47,932 nucleotides of DNA, from positions 1 through 47,932 of the IMG/VR virus record IMGVR_UViG_3300005739_000007; one strand, given 5' to 3'. The DNA comes from a virus. Lineage: Duplodnaviria > Caudoviricetes. Within the stretch, counting starts at the first letter, position 1. Every line of letters begins with the position of its first letter. Shown here piece after piece: positions 27,151 to 36,693 of the stretch. A program made the position numbers and the translations under genes. The notes under the pieces are model-generated. The model made no database searches. It was given only the letters and a program-made list of their open reading frames with translations, and was not told the origin of the DNA.

Positions 27151-28154
27151 AGCATTTTTTTACTTTCTATTATAAGATTATTTATCTCATTTTGTATTGA
27201 AAATTGTTGAGATTTATTATATATTTCTTCATAATTAAAATCTATATTTAATGCATCAGAATATTCTTCTATAGATTTGCATATTTTTCCACCGCACATA
27301 TTAATAATTTCTGGTAAACTTCCATAATTAGACCCAATGATTGGCGTGCCTTTGGAAACAGCTTCTAAACAAGTTCTTGGAAATGTGTCCATAATTTTTG
27401 TTGGCATAATAAAAGCTTTCGCTTTTGCAAATATATTTTTATGATTTATACCTCTTTTTAATTCGCCCATAAAAGAAAAATTAGATATATTTAAATTATA
27501 TAAATAATTTTCTAAATCTGGATTTCCACTACCATATGCTACAAAATTATGATTTTTGTTAGCTTTTGCTAAATCGATAAAAATATCTAAACCTTTAGCT
27601 TCTAATCCCCATTGTAATCCAGCACACCATAAAAAATAATTTTCTTTATCTTGTGTATAAAATTCTTCTTTTTCAAGACCCGTATAACATTGAAAACTAA
27701 TTTCTTCTTCCCATTTATTTTTAATCCAATTATTATATTGGAATTTAGAAACAAACCTATACTTAACATGATCATATTTTTTAATCCAAGACGGCTGTTT
27801 TTCACAACTGTCTTGAAATGTACAAATAATTGGTTTATTAAATTTTAATAAGGGTTCAATGCTCCAATAACTTTGAGACCATATAATATCAAAATCTAAA
27901 TTTTCTAAAACTTTTGCTACGGAATATGCAAAAAAATAACTATTTTTTTTAGAAATAGATGTTGGCTCTTCGTTTGTTTCATATATTTTAAATGGATATT
28001 CTTTTTTAAAATCTCGTTTTGGACACACTACAAAAAAATTATTATTTTCTCTATGTAAGCCATTTGCCAAGTTTTCTACACAAGTCTCGATACCACCATA
28101 GCTTTTTAATGGGAATTGTTGCACATAATCATTACCAATTAAAGCAATCTTCAT
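27147..28154 (-). CDS. Glycosyltransferase family 4 (GT-B)
   Basis: P..YGGIE, KG, DTFP...LEA...GTPII....GSLPEI. Confidence 0.9.
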   Translation of the reverse strand: MKIALIGNDYVQQFPLKSYGGIETCVENLANGLHRENNNFFVVCPKRDFKKEYPFKIYETNEEPTSISKKNSYFFAYSVAKVLENLDFDIIWSQSYWSIEPLLKFNKPIICTFQDSCEKQPSWIKKYDHVKYRFVSKFQYNNWIKNKWEEEISFQCYTGLEKEEFYTQDKENYFLWCAGLQWGLEAKGLDIFIDLAKANKNHNFVAYGSGNPDLENYLYNLNISNFSFMGELKRGINHKNIFAKAKAFIMPTKIMDTFPRTCLEAVSKGTPIIGSNYGSLPEIINMCGGKICKSIEEYSDALNIDFNYEEIYNKSQQFSIQNEINNLIIESKKML

Positions 28155-28921
28155 AATTTTAAATTATGTTTTTGATAATTTTCTTTGAAATCTTCTATAG
28201 ATTCATGAACTTTATGATTAGGTTCAATACCACCAGATTCTACTTTCCAATGTTCTTTCCAAAAATTTTTATTTCTCAAAATTCTATTTTCTAAATTTAA
28301 ATAACCATTATGTATAACAAATGGAAAATTATTACTTTGTAAAGAGTTAATATCATTTGGTGTTTGTAAAGAATATACTAAATTACCATTTTCATCAATT
28401 AGTTCACATGTATCACTTTTAGAAGTATCTATTGTTCCATCTTTCTGTTTTGCAAAATTAACTGGTCCACGGTATAAACCTTCTTTATGCATATACCATT
28501 TTGGTGTTATAGAAAAATAGTGATCTTTATCTTTATAAAGATTAACTGAAGGTATCATTATAGATTTTGCGGGTGAATATTGTAATTGATTTGCAATATT
28601 TTCCCATATTGGTTTTTGCCATAATGGTATGTATTCATCCATATCAAGACCAATTTTAATTGGCTTACTTGTTCCTTGAAGCGCCGTATTTTTAATTTTT
28701 CCATCTAATAATGGATCAGTATAATCTATATTTGTTTCTATAATAAAAACATTTCTTGTATGTCTAATAATAAAATCTAAAATTTTATTTGTAGTATTAT
28801 CTTCACTTGTATTAACAGCAATTATAACTTCATCTGCAAATTTAGAAAAACTTTCAATAGCAAATTTATAATTAAATCTATTTTTAATTAAATTAAAAGC
28901 TGAAGTATATATTGAAAACAT
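28151..28921 (-). CDS. Glycosyltransferase (GT2-like)
   Basis: ADEVIIA..SEDNT, KN.AL, LDMDE, H.GY. Confidence 0.78.
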   Translation of the reverse strand: MFSIYTSAFNLIKNRFNYKFAIESFSKFADEVIIAVNTSEDNTTNKILDFIIRHTRNVFIIETNIDYTDPLLDGKIKNTALQGTSKPIKIGLDMDEYIPLWQKPIWENIANQLQYSPAKSIMIPSVNLYKDKDHYFSITPKWYMHKEGLYRGPVNFAKQKDGTIDTSKSDTCELIDENGNLVYSLQTPNDINSLQSNNFPFVIHNGYLNLENRILRNKNFWKEHWKVESGGIEPNHKVHESIEDFKENYQKHNLKL

Positions 28922-30015
28922 TATTTAGACAGTATTAATTTAAATTTATCAAATAAATAACTACATATTTTTTGATTAGTTTCTAAGAATGTTCTTAATT
29001 GATCCATTCCTTGGATTTTTTCTGGAAAATTTTCTGAAAGGTCTTCTTTTATATCTTTAATTAAACCTTCATCAAATGCAATCCAGGCTCCACTTTTTTT
29101 AGCAAAACCCCATTGAATAAGCATATCAGCTATTTCATATTCAGTCCAAACACTTTTACCATCACTTCTTCCATGTCGAATTGGATATGTAACTTCTACG
29201 CCATCTTTTTCGTTTGTAGTCTTGCGCAAGAGAATTTTTGACCAATGCCCAATAATTTTATCTCCTTCTAAAATTTGATCAGATTTGTAACGTGGTTGAA
29301 ATTCAAAAATCCAATCCGCATAATGTTGCAAAGCGTTGCCGCCAGAACTGTTAGTAAGTTTTGGATCTCCTTTTGCATATGGATTAATTTGAACGTTTGA
29401 GCGAACTTGAGATATAAGCCCACAAATATGTCCAAAAGTAGAAAGTGGTAACATAATTCTACGAAGAAAATTAGATGTTAAAACTGCTCCAGCTGCAACT
29501 TTAGCACTATCTTCAAAGCCTTTACTTAAATCATTTTTTGAAATAAGAGCGTCCATGCTATCAATAAGAAAATAGTAACGAGTATTTTCTGGATTATTTT
29601 TAATAAGTTCTAAAATTAATGTTGCAACATTTTCATAAATATTAGAGCGAAGAACAAAACATGTTCCCTTATCCCATTTTTCTGGGTCATCAACAAAATT
29701 AACTCCTGATATTTTTTTAACATTTGAATTTAAACGCCCCTCTGCTTTAACTAAGAAGCCTTTTGAATTGGGAACTGATTTTAAAAAATTATTCATAATA
29801 AGAAGTGCGGAGCTAGTTTTTCCGCCACCACTTACGCCAGTAAAACGAACAATTGCAGGAACCTCGAGTGCGCCACCAAGCTCTGAATCTAAAAGAAGAG
29901 AGCCAGTAGATACTTGAAAAATCTGCTCATCTTCAAAATTATAATGTGAATCTTTATTATCTTTAAGATGTGAAGATAATATGCTTTTACCTGTTAAGTT
30001 GCTTTCTTTTGCCAT
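28921..30015 (-). CDS. recA: RecA/UvsX-like recombinase
   Basis: STGSL.LD..LGG, GGGKTS, IDS..AL, SQVR, SGGNAL.HYA, KSGAW. Confidence 0.88.
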   Translation of the reverse strand: MAKESNLTGKSILSSHLKDNKDSHYNFEDEQIFQVSTGSLLLDSELGGALEVPAIVRFTGVSGGGKTSSALLIMNNFLKSVPNSKGFLVKAEGRLNSNVKKISGVNFVDDPEKWDKGTCFVLRSNIYENVATLILELIKNNPENTRYYFLIDSMDALISKNDLSKGFEDSAKVAAGAVLTSNFLRRIMLPLSTFGHICGLISQVRSNVQINPYAKGDPKLTNSSGGNALQHYADWIFEFQPRYKSDQILEGDKIIGHWSKILLRKTTNEKDGVEVTYPIRHGRSDGKSVWTEYEIADMLIQWGFAKKSGAWIAFDEGLIKDIKEDLSENFPEKIQGMDQLRTFLETNQKICSYLFDKFKLILSK

Positions 30016-30374
30016 AAATTTAAAAATTCTCTTAAGTTTAGAACTTTATCTAAATCATATGACTTTTTGGTTTCAAAAACAAGATTATTATTTTCTATTT
30101 CAAATTTTTTTGTTTCTGGTAGTTCTAAATTAAATTTTTTATATTCTTTGTTTAAGAAATCTCTACCATCATCAGATAAAAACCAACACAAACTATTTAA
30201 TTTAAATCCTGTTTCTAAATTTAACCAAAACTCTTCGTTTGGGAAAATATTTAATAAAGATTTGACCATTTTCATTTCTTTTGGCCAAATAATATCTTTA
30301 TTATTTTTTAAGAATTTTTTTATAAATTCTTTTTTATTAAATATCTTTTGCTTCAAATACTGGGCACCCTTCAC
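29994..30374 (-). CDS. Hypothetical protein (start uncertain)
   Basis: ORF filling the gap upstream of recA. Confidence 0.6.
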   Translation of the reverse strand: MKGAQYLKQKIFNKKEFIKKFLKNNKDIIWPKEMKMVKSLLNIFPNEEFWLNLETGFKLNSLCWFLSDDGRDFLNKEYKKFNLELPETKKFEIENNNLVFETKKSYDLDKVLNLREFLNLWQKKAT

Positions 30375-30525
30375 AAATGTCTTCTGTTACTTGAAAAATT
30401 TGCCTTGCTTCGCAAACATATCCTTTGATTGTGTAGTCTCCACCTTGGCAAGAACAACGTTTAATTAGCCTCTCCTCCATCTCTGAAGATCTAAATTTAC
30501 ATTTATTAAAATTTAAGTCGTCCAT
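30337..30525 (-). CDS. Small Cys-rich protein (6 Cys, putative metal binding)
   Basis: C...CSC...C...CEGC in 62 aa; ATGTAA variant motif 9 nt upstream. Confidence 0.65.
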   Translation of the reverse strand: MDDLNFNKCKFRSSEMEERLIKRCSCQGGDYTIKGYVCEARQIFQVTEDICEGCPVFEAKDI

Positions 30526-30555
30526 ATTTATATATTACATATATTTGTAGCAAAG

Positions 30556-31581
30556 TCAAATATTTTTAATATCATTCATGATCATTTCTTTTACTAAATC
30601 ATCAAAAGAAATTCTCGGTAACCATTTTAACTCTTCTTTTGCTTTAGATGGATTACCAAGTAATAAATCTACTTCTGCTGGCCTATAAAATAGAGAATTA
30701 ATTTTTACTAAAATTTTGTTATTATAAATAAATTCCTCATCTATTCCATTGCCTTGCCAATAACCATATATTTTAATTAAAGCAAATGCTTTTTCAATAA
30801 ATTCTTTTACTGTATGGGTTTCTCCAGAGGCTAATAAATATTCTTTAGGCTCGATTTGGTTAAGCATCATCCATATACCACGAACAAAATCTTTTGCATG
30901 ACTCCAATCTCTTTTTGCATAAATATTTCCTAACTCTAACGGTTCAAATTCATATTCATTATCTATAGCTTTTTTAATTCTTGCTACTTCTTTTGTAATT
31001 TTTCTTGTTACAAATTCTTCTCCACGTCTAGGGCTTTCATGATTATATAATAATCCTTGAATTGCAAAAAGATTATAACTTTCTCTATATACTTTAACAA
31101 TATGTCTTGCGGCTGCTTTTGCTGCTCCGTATGGACTTCTTGGTTTTAAAGGATGCTTTTCATCTTGAGGGCTATAATCAACATTACCAAGTTCTTCTGA
31201 AGATCCTGCATTATAAAATCTACAATTGGGAGAATGCTTTCTAATAGCTTCTAAACACCTTATAACTCCAACCGCATCAATATCAAAAGTTTGTTCTGGT
31301 ATTTGCCAAGAAGCTCCAACAAAACTCTGTGCAGCTAAATTTATAAAATAATCTGGCTGAATTTCTCTTACTATATTGTCAATTGATTGAGAATCTGTCA
31401 AATCTCCAGTTATTAATTTAAATCTAGGATTAGGTAATAAATGCTTTATATTATGATGATTGTTTGTAGAAGCCCTTCTAACCATTCCAAATACTTCATA
31501 ATCAGTTTCTTCTAATAAAAGATCTGCCATATAACTACCATCTTGACCAGTAACACCTGTGATAATAACTTTTTTAGGCAT
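30556..31581 (-). CDS. gmd: GDP-mannose 4,6-dehydratase
   Basis: ITGVTGQDGSY, NLAAQSFV, SSEE, PRSPYGAAK, NHESPRRGEEFVTRKIT, RDW.HA.D, RPAEVD.L.G; likely start MPKK at 31581. Confidence 0.95.
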   Translation of the reverse strand: MPKKVIITGVTGQDGSYMADLLLEETDYEVFGMVRRASTNNHHNIKHLLPNPRFKLITGDLTDSQSIDNIVREIQPDYFINLAAQSFVGASWQIPEQTFDIDAVGVIRCLEAIRKHSPNCRFYNAGSSEELGNVDYSPQDEKHPLKPRSPYGAAKAAARHIVKVYRESYNLFAIQGLLYNHESPRRGEEFVTRKITKEVARIKKAIDNEYEFEPLELGNIYAKRDWSHAKDFVRGIWMMLNQIEPKEYLLASGETHTVKEFIEKAFALIKIYGYWQGNGIDEEFIYNNKILVKINSLFYRPAEVDLLLGNPSKAKEELKWLPRISFDDLVKEMIMNDIKNI

Positions 31582-32014
31582 ATTCATTATCATCATCATT
31601 ATCATCATCATTATCTGATGAATCAAAAGTTTTTTGATTATCAATAGTATCTAGAAAAAATTTTTCTATTTTTGATAAAATATTATTATATTTTTCTTGG
31701 TAAATTTCTGTACTTTCTGTTACTTCATCACTATTTTGGAGTGCAGAATAAAAAACATTTTTTGGAGAATTTAAAATATCATTAATAATTTTTAAATCTG
31801 ATTTTGCTATATTATGATGGGCAAATTTTTTCCAAGTTTTAATAAATTCTTTATGTACATGTTTTTTTTTAAATTCATTTTCTTCATTAATCATATTTGC
31901 CAATTGGTTAAAACAAAAGAATAGCATTGACCATTGAAGATTTTGCATAAATTTTGTCTCCAATGTTTGATCCATTGAATCGCGTAATTGTTTATGAATA
32001 TCTTTATCTTTCAT
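31574..32014 (-). CDS. Hypothetical protein with acidic Asp-rich tail
   Basis: 146-aa ORF coupled to nrdJ and gmd. Confidence 0.7.
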   Translation of the reverse strand: MKDKDIHKQLRDSMDQTLETKFMQNLQWSMLFFCFNQLANMINEENEFKKKHVHKEFIKTWKKFAHHNIAKSDLKIINDILNSPKNVFYSALQNSDEVTESTEIYQEKYNNILSKIEKFFLDTIDNQKTFDSSDNDDDNDDDNEYA

Positions 32015-33993
32015 TATTTAATAGGACAAGCCCCACCTTCGCATTCAATACCATCTAAAGAATCACTGCCAATATTGTGATTTATATTAATGACTGGTTT
32101 TACTTTAGATTTTTTATTTTCATATGCTTCTTGTGTAATTTCTTCATACGGAGCTTGTTTAAAGCCATGCTTTTGTCTTAAAAGAAAACTTACTGATTTA
32201 ATACCATTTTCATAATTTTCAGAAAGCCATTTTTTAAGATCTGCAAGTTCTTCTTCACTATAATAAGCCGTAACGCTAACAGCATTGTCTGACCAAACTT
32301 CTTGCAGTTTTTTAACCATTTCAAGTTGTTTGATTACTCCCATGTCATCTGCAAACAGTGCGCCATCTGGTGTTTCGCATGGAAATTCTACTACAACAGT
32401 ATCATGATTTTCAGAGCCATCAAAATTAACAACGTATTCAACATTATACCCAAGATCACGGCAATAAGATACAAGTGGATCATTACTTGCCATGCGAACT
32501 CTACGAATATAATATTTAGAATAAGCAGGGTGAACACCTGGAGTTGAGCCACCCAAAAGACTTAAGGTTCCGCTTGGTTTAATTGTAGTTAACTTAATGC
32601 TACGATTCCATCCACGTTCTTTACTCCATTCTTTATCAAATTTACGAAGTTCTTTATAACAGGTATCCAACCATTCAATTTTATCTAAAGATTGGCAAAT
32701 ACCTGTTACACCTAACCCAAGACGCATATTTTTATGTACAATTTTATTCGTTTCTTCATGAATAAAAGGAAGTGCCGCAATAGCTTTTTGAGTTTTATAC
32801 AAAAGTTTAGCACAAAGAACAAGCTCTTCTTTAGAAACTATATTATTTAAATATAATTCAGAAAGGTTACAACATTCATAAGATGCTAGACTGATTTCTC
32901 CACATGGATTTGTTCCTACAACGTTATCCTCATCTGTAGGATAGAGATTACTTTCTTTCATTGGGCCATCTTTAAGACGGCCATATTTTTGAGACAGAGG
33001 AAGGTTAAAAAATCCATATGGTTCACCTTTAGCGAATCCAGTTTCTGAATCTAATACATATCCATTACTCCAGATTTCATTTGAAATGTGTGAAAAATCA
33101 TCTGCATAAATTGTATTATTAGACATTGCTCTCCAATTAGGAATATTTCCTAGGGACCAATTTTTAGCACGAAGAAAAAGATAATCATCTGGATCACCAA
33201 TAGCAATTTGGGCGCTACGACGAACATTGCCAGAAACTACAATCCCACCAATAATATTACAAATATCAAGAACATCAATAGAGCGAAGTTTTTTACCTTC
33301 TCTTTGTTGGAAGATTTTATTAATCTTGTCAATACCATCAATAAGAATCTGTGGCCCACTAGCAATCCCACCGAACCCACCGATACGTTCTCCAGCGCCA
33401 CGAATAAGAATTGTGGAATAATTAAATGATTTACCTTTGACAAAAAAAGCTTCGAGAACTCTTTCTAAAAGACGGATCCATCCTTCACGACTGTCAGGAA
33501 CAATAAAATCAGCATCTTTTGTATTTTTATGAATTATATTAACATCTTTTTTAACTCTTGGAAGTTCATGAATATCTTCACGACGAATAGAAAAACCAAC
33601 ACCGCCGCCAAGCATAAGATTCTCAAATAAGAAAAGAAAAGAACGAATACTATTAATTGAAACATTCCAACAATTAAGAAGTGAATTTGCTCCAAAACGA
33701 TCTACAGTTGGCGTTCCAAGTTGCCAAAGCATTCTCCCAGCGAAATTACATTTAAGATTAAAAATTAAATCAAAAAGTTGTTCCGCTTCTTCTTGTGTAT
33801 AATTTGCACCAATTTTTTGAGCCCCATTAATACAACGACGAATAGTTTCGTGCCATTCTTCTGTTTTTCCGTCATCTTTAAGACGAGCATAAGTTCTTTT
33901 GTAAACTATATAACCTAACCCATTAAATCCCCAATTTGGTTGTTTATTGCTATACTTGTTGGCAAACTTTTCTGAAATAATTTCGGTACTCAT
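32014..33993 (-). CDS. nrdJ: Class II (adenosylcobalamin-dependent) ribonucleotide reductase, monomeric RTPR type
   Basis: YKRTYAR, GR.LWQLG, LLNC, GNVRRSA, TNPCGEI, TTIKPSGT, C-terminal CEGGACPIK. Confidence 0.95.
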   Translation of the reverse strand: MSTEIISEKFANKYSNKQPNWGFNGLGYIVYKRTYARLKDDGKTEEWHETIRRCINGAQKIGANYTQEEAEQLFDLIFNLKCNFAGRMLWQLGTPTVDRFGANSLLNCWNVSINSIRSFLFLFENLMLGGGVGFSIRREDIHELPRVKKDVNIIHKNTKDADFIVPDSREGWIRLLERVLEAFFVKGKSFNYSTILIRGAGERIGGFGGIASGPQILIDGIDKINKIFQQREGKKLRSIDVLDICNIIGGIVVSGNVRRSAQIAIGDPDDYLFLRAKNWSLGNIPNWRAMSNNTIYADDFSHISNEIWSNGYVLDSETGFAKGEPYGFFNLPLSQKYGRLKDGPMKESNLYPTDEDNVVGTNPCGEISLASYECCNLSELYLNNIVSKEELVLCAKLLYKTQKAIAALPFIHEETNKIVHKNMRLGLGVTGICQSLDKIEWLDTCYKELRKFDKEWSKERGWNRSIKLTTIKPSGTLSLLGGSTPGVHPAYSKYYIRRVRMASNDPLVSYCRDLGYNVEYVVNFDGSENHDTVVVEFPCETPDGALFADDMGVIKQLEMVKKLQEVWSDNAVSVTAYYSEEELADLKKWLSENYENGIKSVSFLLRQKHGFKQAPYEEITQEAYENKKSKVKPVININHNIGSDSLDGIECEGGACPIK

Positions 33994-34006
33994 CTTAGTA
34001 ATATAA

Positions 34007-34035
34007 ATTATACATCAATATGATATATGATGCAA
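34007..34035 (-). promoter_or_regulatory. sigma-70-type promoter TTGCAT-17-TATAAT upstream of nrdJ
   Basis: 13 nt between the -10 box and ATG 33993. Confidence 0.7.
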
Positions 34036-34066
34036 AAAAATAAAAATTATCAAAATTAAAAATATA

Positions 34067-34405
34067 TTACTGGACAGATTTTGGTGTATGGTTAAGATTA
34101 CGTTTTTGTTTCCAATTTTTTACATAATCTTTTTTTACTGGATCATTTTTACTGCCCCCACGTTTTTCACTTAACTCTTTTGAAAGATCCATCATTTCAC
34201 CAAATGTTCCAGCTTTATTTGTTTTATCCATAAACGCACGTTTAGAATAAGGATCTATATTAGCGTCTATACTTGCTTGTGGAACGATAAATTCACGATT
34301 CCATTTCAAGCCATTTTCGTCAATATATATCTTTTCATCATTCATATGAAAAAATATTTCTTGGATTTCTCCTGTTTCGGGATGACTAAACAAATAATAA
34401 GGCAT
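34067..34405 (-). CDS. FmdB-like (MPxYxF) ribbon protein lacking cysteines
   Basis: MPYYLFSHPETGE..E.FFHMND...W.R.F..P. Confidence 0.6.
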   Translation of the reverse strand: MPYYLFSHPETGEIQEIFFHMNDEKIYIDENGLKWNREFIVPQASIDANIDPYSKRAFMDKTNKAGTFGEMMDLSKELSEKRGGSKNDPVKKDYVKNWKQKRNLNHTPKSVQ

Positions 34406-34408
34406 ACC

Positions 34409-34549
34409 TTATTTTACTTGTTTTTTATTCATTTTTCTAATTTGAGCAGCTTTAGGAGACATTCTACGTAATTCACCATTTGGCATACGCATATATTCAG
34501 TGCCATCTTTAAATTTAATTTTTTCTCCAATTGGTGTTATAGTATCCAT
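34409..34549 (-). CDS. Small basic 46-aa protein (MDTITPIGEKIKFKDGTEYMRMPNGELRR...)
   Basis: Translated by hand, below the ORF-track cutoff; fills the gap exactly. Confidence 0.6.
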   Translation of the reverse strand: MDTITPIGEKIKFKDGTEYMRMPNGELRRMSPKAAQIRKMNKKQVK

Positions 34550-34550
34550 A

Positions 34551-35639
34551 TTAAATATTTTTCATAATATCTAAAATAGAATCTACCATTTTAGAATATG
34601 TAAATTGTTCTTGAAGTTTTAATCCTTCTATGTTTATTGAATTATTTTTAAAACGAGATTCTACTTTATCAAGACCGTCCAAGAATTCTTGGTCATCCCA
34701 ATCAAATATATTTCCTTGATTAAATTCTAATCCTTGTTTAAAAAAGATATTATCATAACATGGTATTTTACCATTTGGTTGAATTAATACTGTATTTTTA
34801 TCATTCATCCAATCCTTATAAGCATGGGCATTTAAACCAAGACAATGTTTTCCGAGTGATACACATTGAAATTCTGGTAATCCCCATCCTTCACCACCAC
34901 TCATTGCTAATACAATGTCAGTATTATTTAATAAATCATTGTACATTTCGTTTGATGGCATATAACTTAAAAAGTTAATATTAAAATATTTTTGACCATT
35001 TAAGGCTTGATTAATAATTTGAGATTGAGTATTTGAATCTAGAAAATGATTAAAAATTGCACAATTTAAACTGTAATTAGGATTATTTCCATATTTTTTT
35101 GCCCATAAAGACAAGGTTTTTAAATGTCTTTTTCTTTGTGGTTCTAATTTTCCAAAAAGCCCAAACTGAATTGCTGTTAAATTTTTACGGTCTTTTTTGT
35201 TAAAATGTGTTTTATCAAAAGCTAATGGTATATAATCTACATTATTTAGCCCAAGGGACTTAAATATTGATACAGTATAGTTACTAGAAAATAAAACTTT
35301 TTCATTATTTCTAATAATATTTATTTCTGTTTGTGTTGGGCTATCTACTTCGTAAAATGAAAGAAGTATTTGTTTTTTTGAAAAACTTTCTAAGCTACCA
35401 TTTAAATGCCAAAGTTTAAATATCGGATTATTTCGATTATATTCTTTATAAGAAGAATTAATTGAATATTGAATCCAAGACAAAAAATTTGTATCTTGTT
35501 TCTGTGAACTAATATCTATTTGCCCGATAGGAAATAAATGTATCTCTTGCTTTTTATTAAACAATTCTCTTAAAATTGAGAACGATACTTGTCCTAAAGA
35601 CGTAGAATTTAATGGTAAATTAAAAGCTAATTTAGACAC
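34551..35639 (-). CDS. Glycosyltransferase family 4 (GT-B)
   Basis: GK.E..RK, S.GEGWGLP..C...GK; GTG start. Confidence 0.82.
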   Translation of the reverse strand: MSKLAFNLPLNSTSLGQVSFSILRELFNKKQEIHLFPIGQIDISSQKQDTNFLSWIQYSINSSYKEYNRNNPIFKLWHLNGSLESFSKKQILLSFYEVDSPTQTEINIIRNNEKVLFSSNYTVSIFKSLGLNNVDYIPLAFDKTHFNKKDRKNLTAIQFGLFGKLEPQRKRHLKTLSLWAKKYGNNPNYSLNCAIFNHFLDSNTQSQIINQALNGQKYFNINFLSYMPSNEMYNDLLNNTDIVLAMSGGEGWGLPEFQCVSLGKHCLGLNAHAYKDWMNDKNTVLIQPNGKIPCYDNIFFKQGLEFNQGNIFDWDDQEFLDGLDKVESRFKNNSINIEGLKLQEQFTYSKMVDSILDIMKNI

Positions 35640-35642
35640 AAA

Positions 35643-35942
35643 TTAAAAAGGAATTTCTTCAGTTTTATTTTCTTTGACTTCTTTTTTAGGTGCGGACTTT
35701 TTTTCCGCTTTTTCTATATTAATTGAAGAATCTGATGATTTTGGAGCGTTATTATCAAAATAAATTCTATAATCAGGTTGATTAGATCCTTCAGTTTTAT
35801 ATTTATTTTTAAATACCATTACGCTGATTTCTTCTCCAGACTTTGATTTAATTTTTCCGGTAAGAAATTGATTTCCGGTTTTAGATTTTTTGATCCAGAA
35901 AGCACCTGCTTCTTCGAGTTTTGGTTTTTCGTTATTTTCCAT
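35643..35942 (-). CDS. DUF736-like protein with SSB-type acidic C-terminus (EEIPF)
   Basis: GAFW.K.SK.G..FLTG.I...FKN..K....PDYRIY, then a disordered linker and IPF. Confidence 0.65.
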   Translation of the reverse strand: MENNEKPKLEEAGAFWIKKSKTGNQFLTGKIKSKSGEEISVMVFKNKYKTEGSNQPDYRIYFDNNAPKSSDSSINIEKAEKKSAPKKEVKENKTEEIPF

Positions 35943-35951
35943 AATTCAAAT

Positions 35952-35980
35952 ATATTAACTAATTTTTATTTGTTTGTCAA
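35952..35980 (-). promoter_or_regulatory. sigma-70-type promoter TTGACA-17-TAATAT, 9 nt before ATG 35942
   Basis: Read directly from the sequence. Confidence 0.65.
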
Positions 35981-36535
35981 TTTTTTTTTGGCAAACTCGA
36001 TAAATTTATTATGCCAATTAAGAACTGTCTGCGGGGTTACATTCAAAATTTGAGCTATTTCTGCATAATTTAAAATACGTTCTTTATTTGAAAAATATCT
36101 ATAATAAATAGCTTGTTTTGTATTTGGGTCAGAAATTTGGTTAAATAAATCTATAATATTTTCTAAAATTTCTTTTTTATTTGAAATATTTTCTTTTTTA
36201 CTATTTTCATTAATAAAAAATTCTAAATGATTATCTTCAATTGTCATTAATTTAGTATTTTTATTTTTATGATTCAGACAAAAAAAACGTACTTGATTTC
36301 CTAGCCAGGTAGAAAATTTAGACCCTTTAGTAGGGTTAAATGATTGCGCTGCGTTAAATATTATCCAATATTTATTATCATTTAAATCATTCAAGTCCAA
36401 GCCACATGATGAACAATACTTTTTACCGATGTTGAATAACATGCCACCATGCCTATTTACTAATTCTATTAAACTTTTATTACATTTTTTTTGTATAATT
36501 TTTTTTATTAGGGTTTCATCTTTAACAGATTTCAT
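35966..36535 (-). CDS. Phage-encoded sigma-70-family RNA polymerase sigma factor
   Basis: Region 2 (AAQSFNPTKGSKFSTW...VR) and region 4 HTH (YRYF...YAEIAQILNVTPQTV); start 36535 favoured by TTGACT-16-TATATT at 36542-36569. Confidence 0.88.
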   Translation of the reverse strand: MKSVKDETLIKKIIQKKCNKSLIELVNRHGGMLFNIGKKYCSSCGLDLNDLNDNKYWIIFNAAQSFNPTKGSKFSTWLGNQVRFFCLNHKNKNTKLMTIEDNHLEFFINENSKKENISNKKEILENIIDLFNQISDPNTKQAIYYRYFSNKERILNYAEIAQILNVTPQTVLNWHNKFIEFAKKKLTNK

Positions 36536-36610
36536 AAATTGAATATACATTATTTTTAATTATAGTCAAATAAAAAAATTTGATTTTTTAAAAATATAAT
36601 ATATAATCTT

Positions 36611-36647
36611 GTGAGCGAAGCGAGCAACGAAGCCGAACGAAGTGAGG
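36611..36647 (+). other. Twin GNA-triloop ssDNA hairpin element at the divergent strand switch (candidate origin/priming signal)
   Basis: gt-GA-GCGAAGC-GA-gc (36611-36625) and cc-GA-ACGAAGT-GA-gg (36633-36647); a GC-rich island in AT-rich intergenic DNA. Confidence 0.5.
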
Positions 36648-36693
36648 ATTCGATTACTTAAATTGTTCCTTTAGTCTAATTTTTTTTATACTT

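Noticed and set aside
31582-31644. Met-rich N-terminal extension of Gmd (MMMIMMMIM)
   Set aside because: It is an alternative-frame reading of the GAT/AAT-rich acidic tail of the upstream gene. The real start is probably 31581.
14626-33993. Inteins or introns in dnaE, dnaB, recA or nrdJ
   Set aside because: Lengths and motif spacing are compact, and no intein termini or homing-endonuclease motifs were seen.
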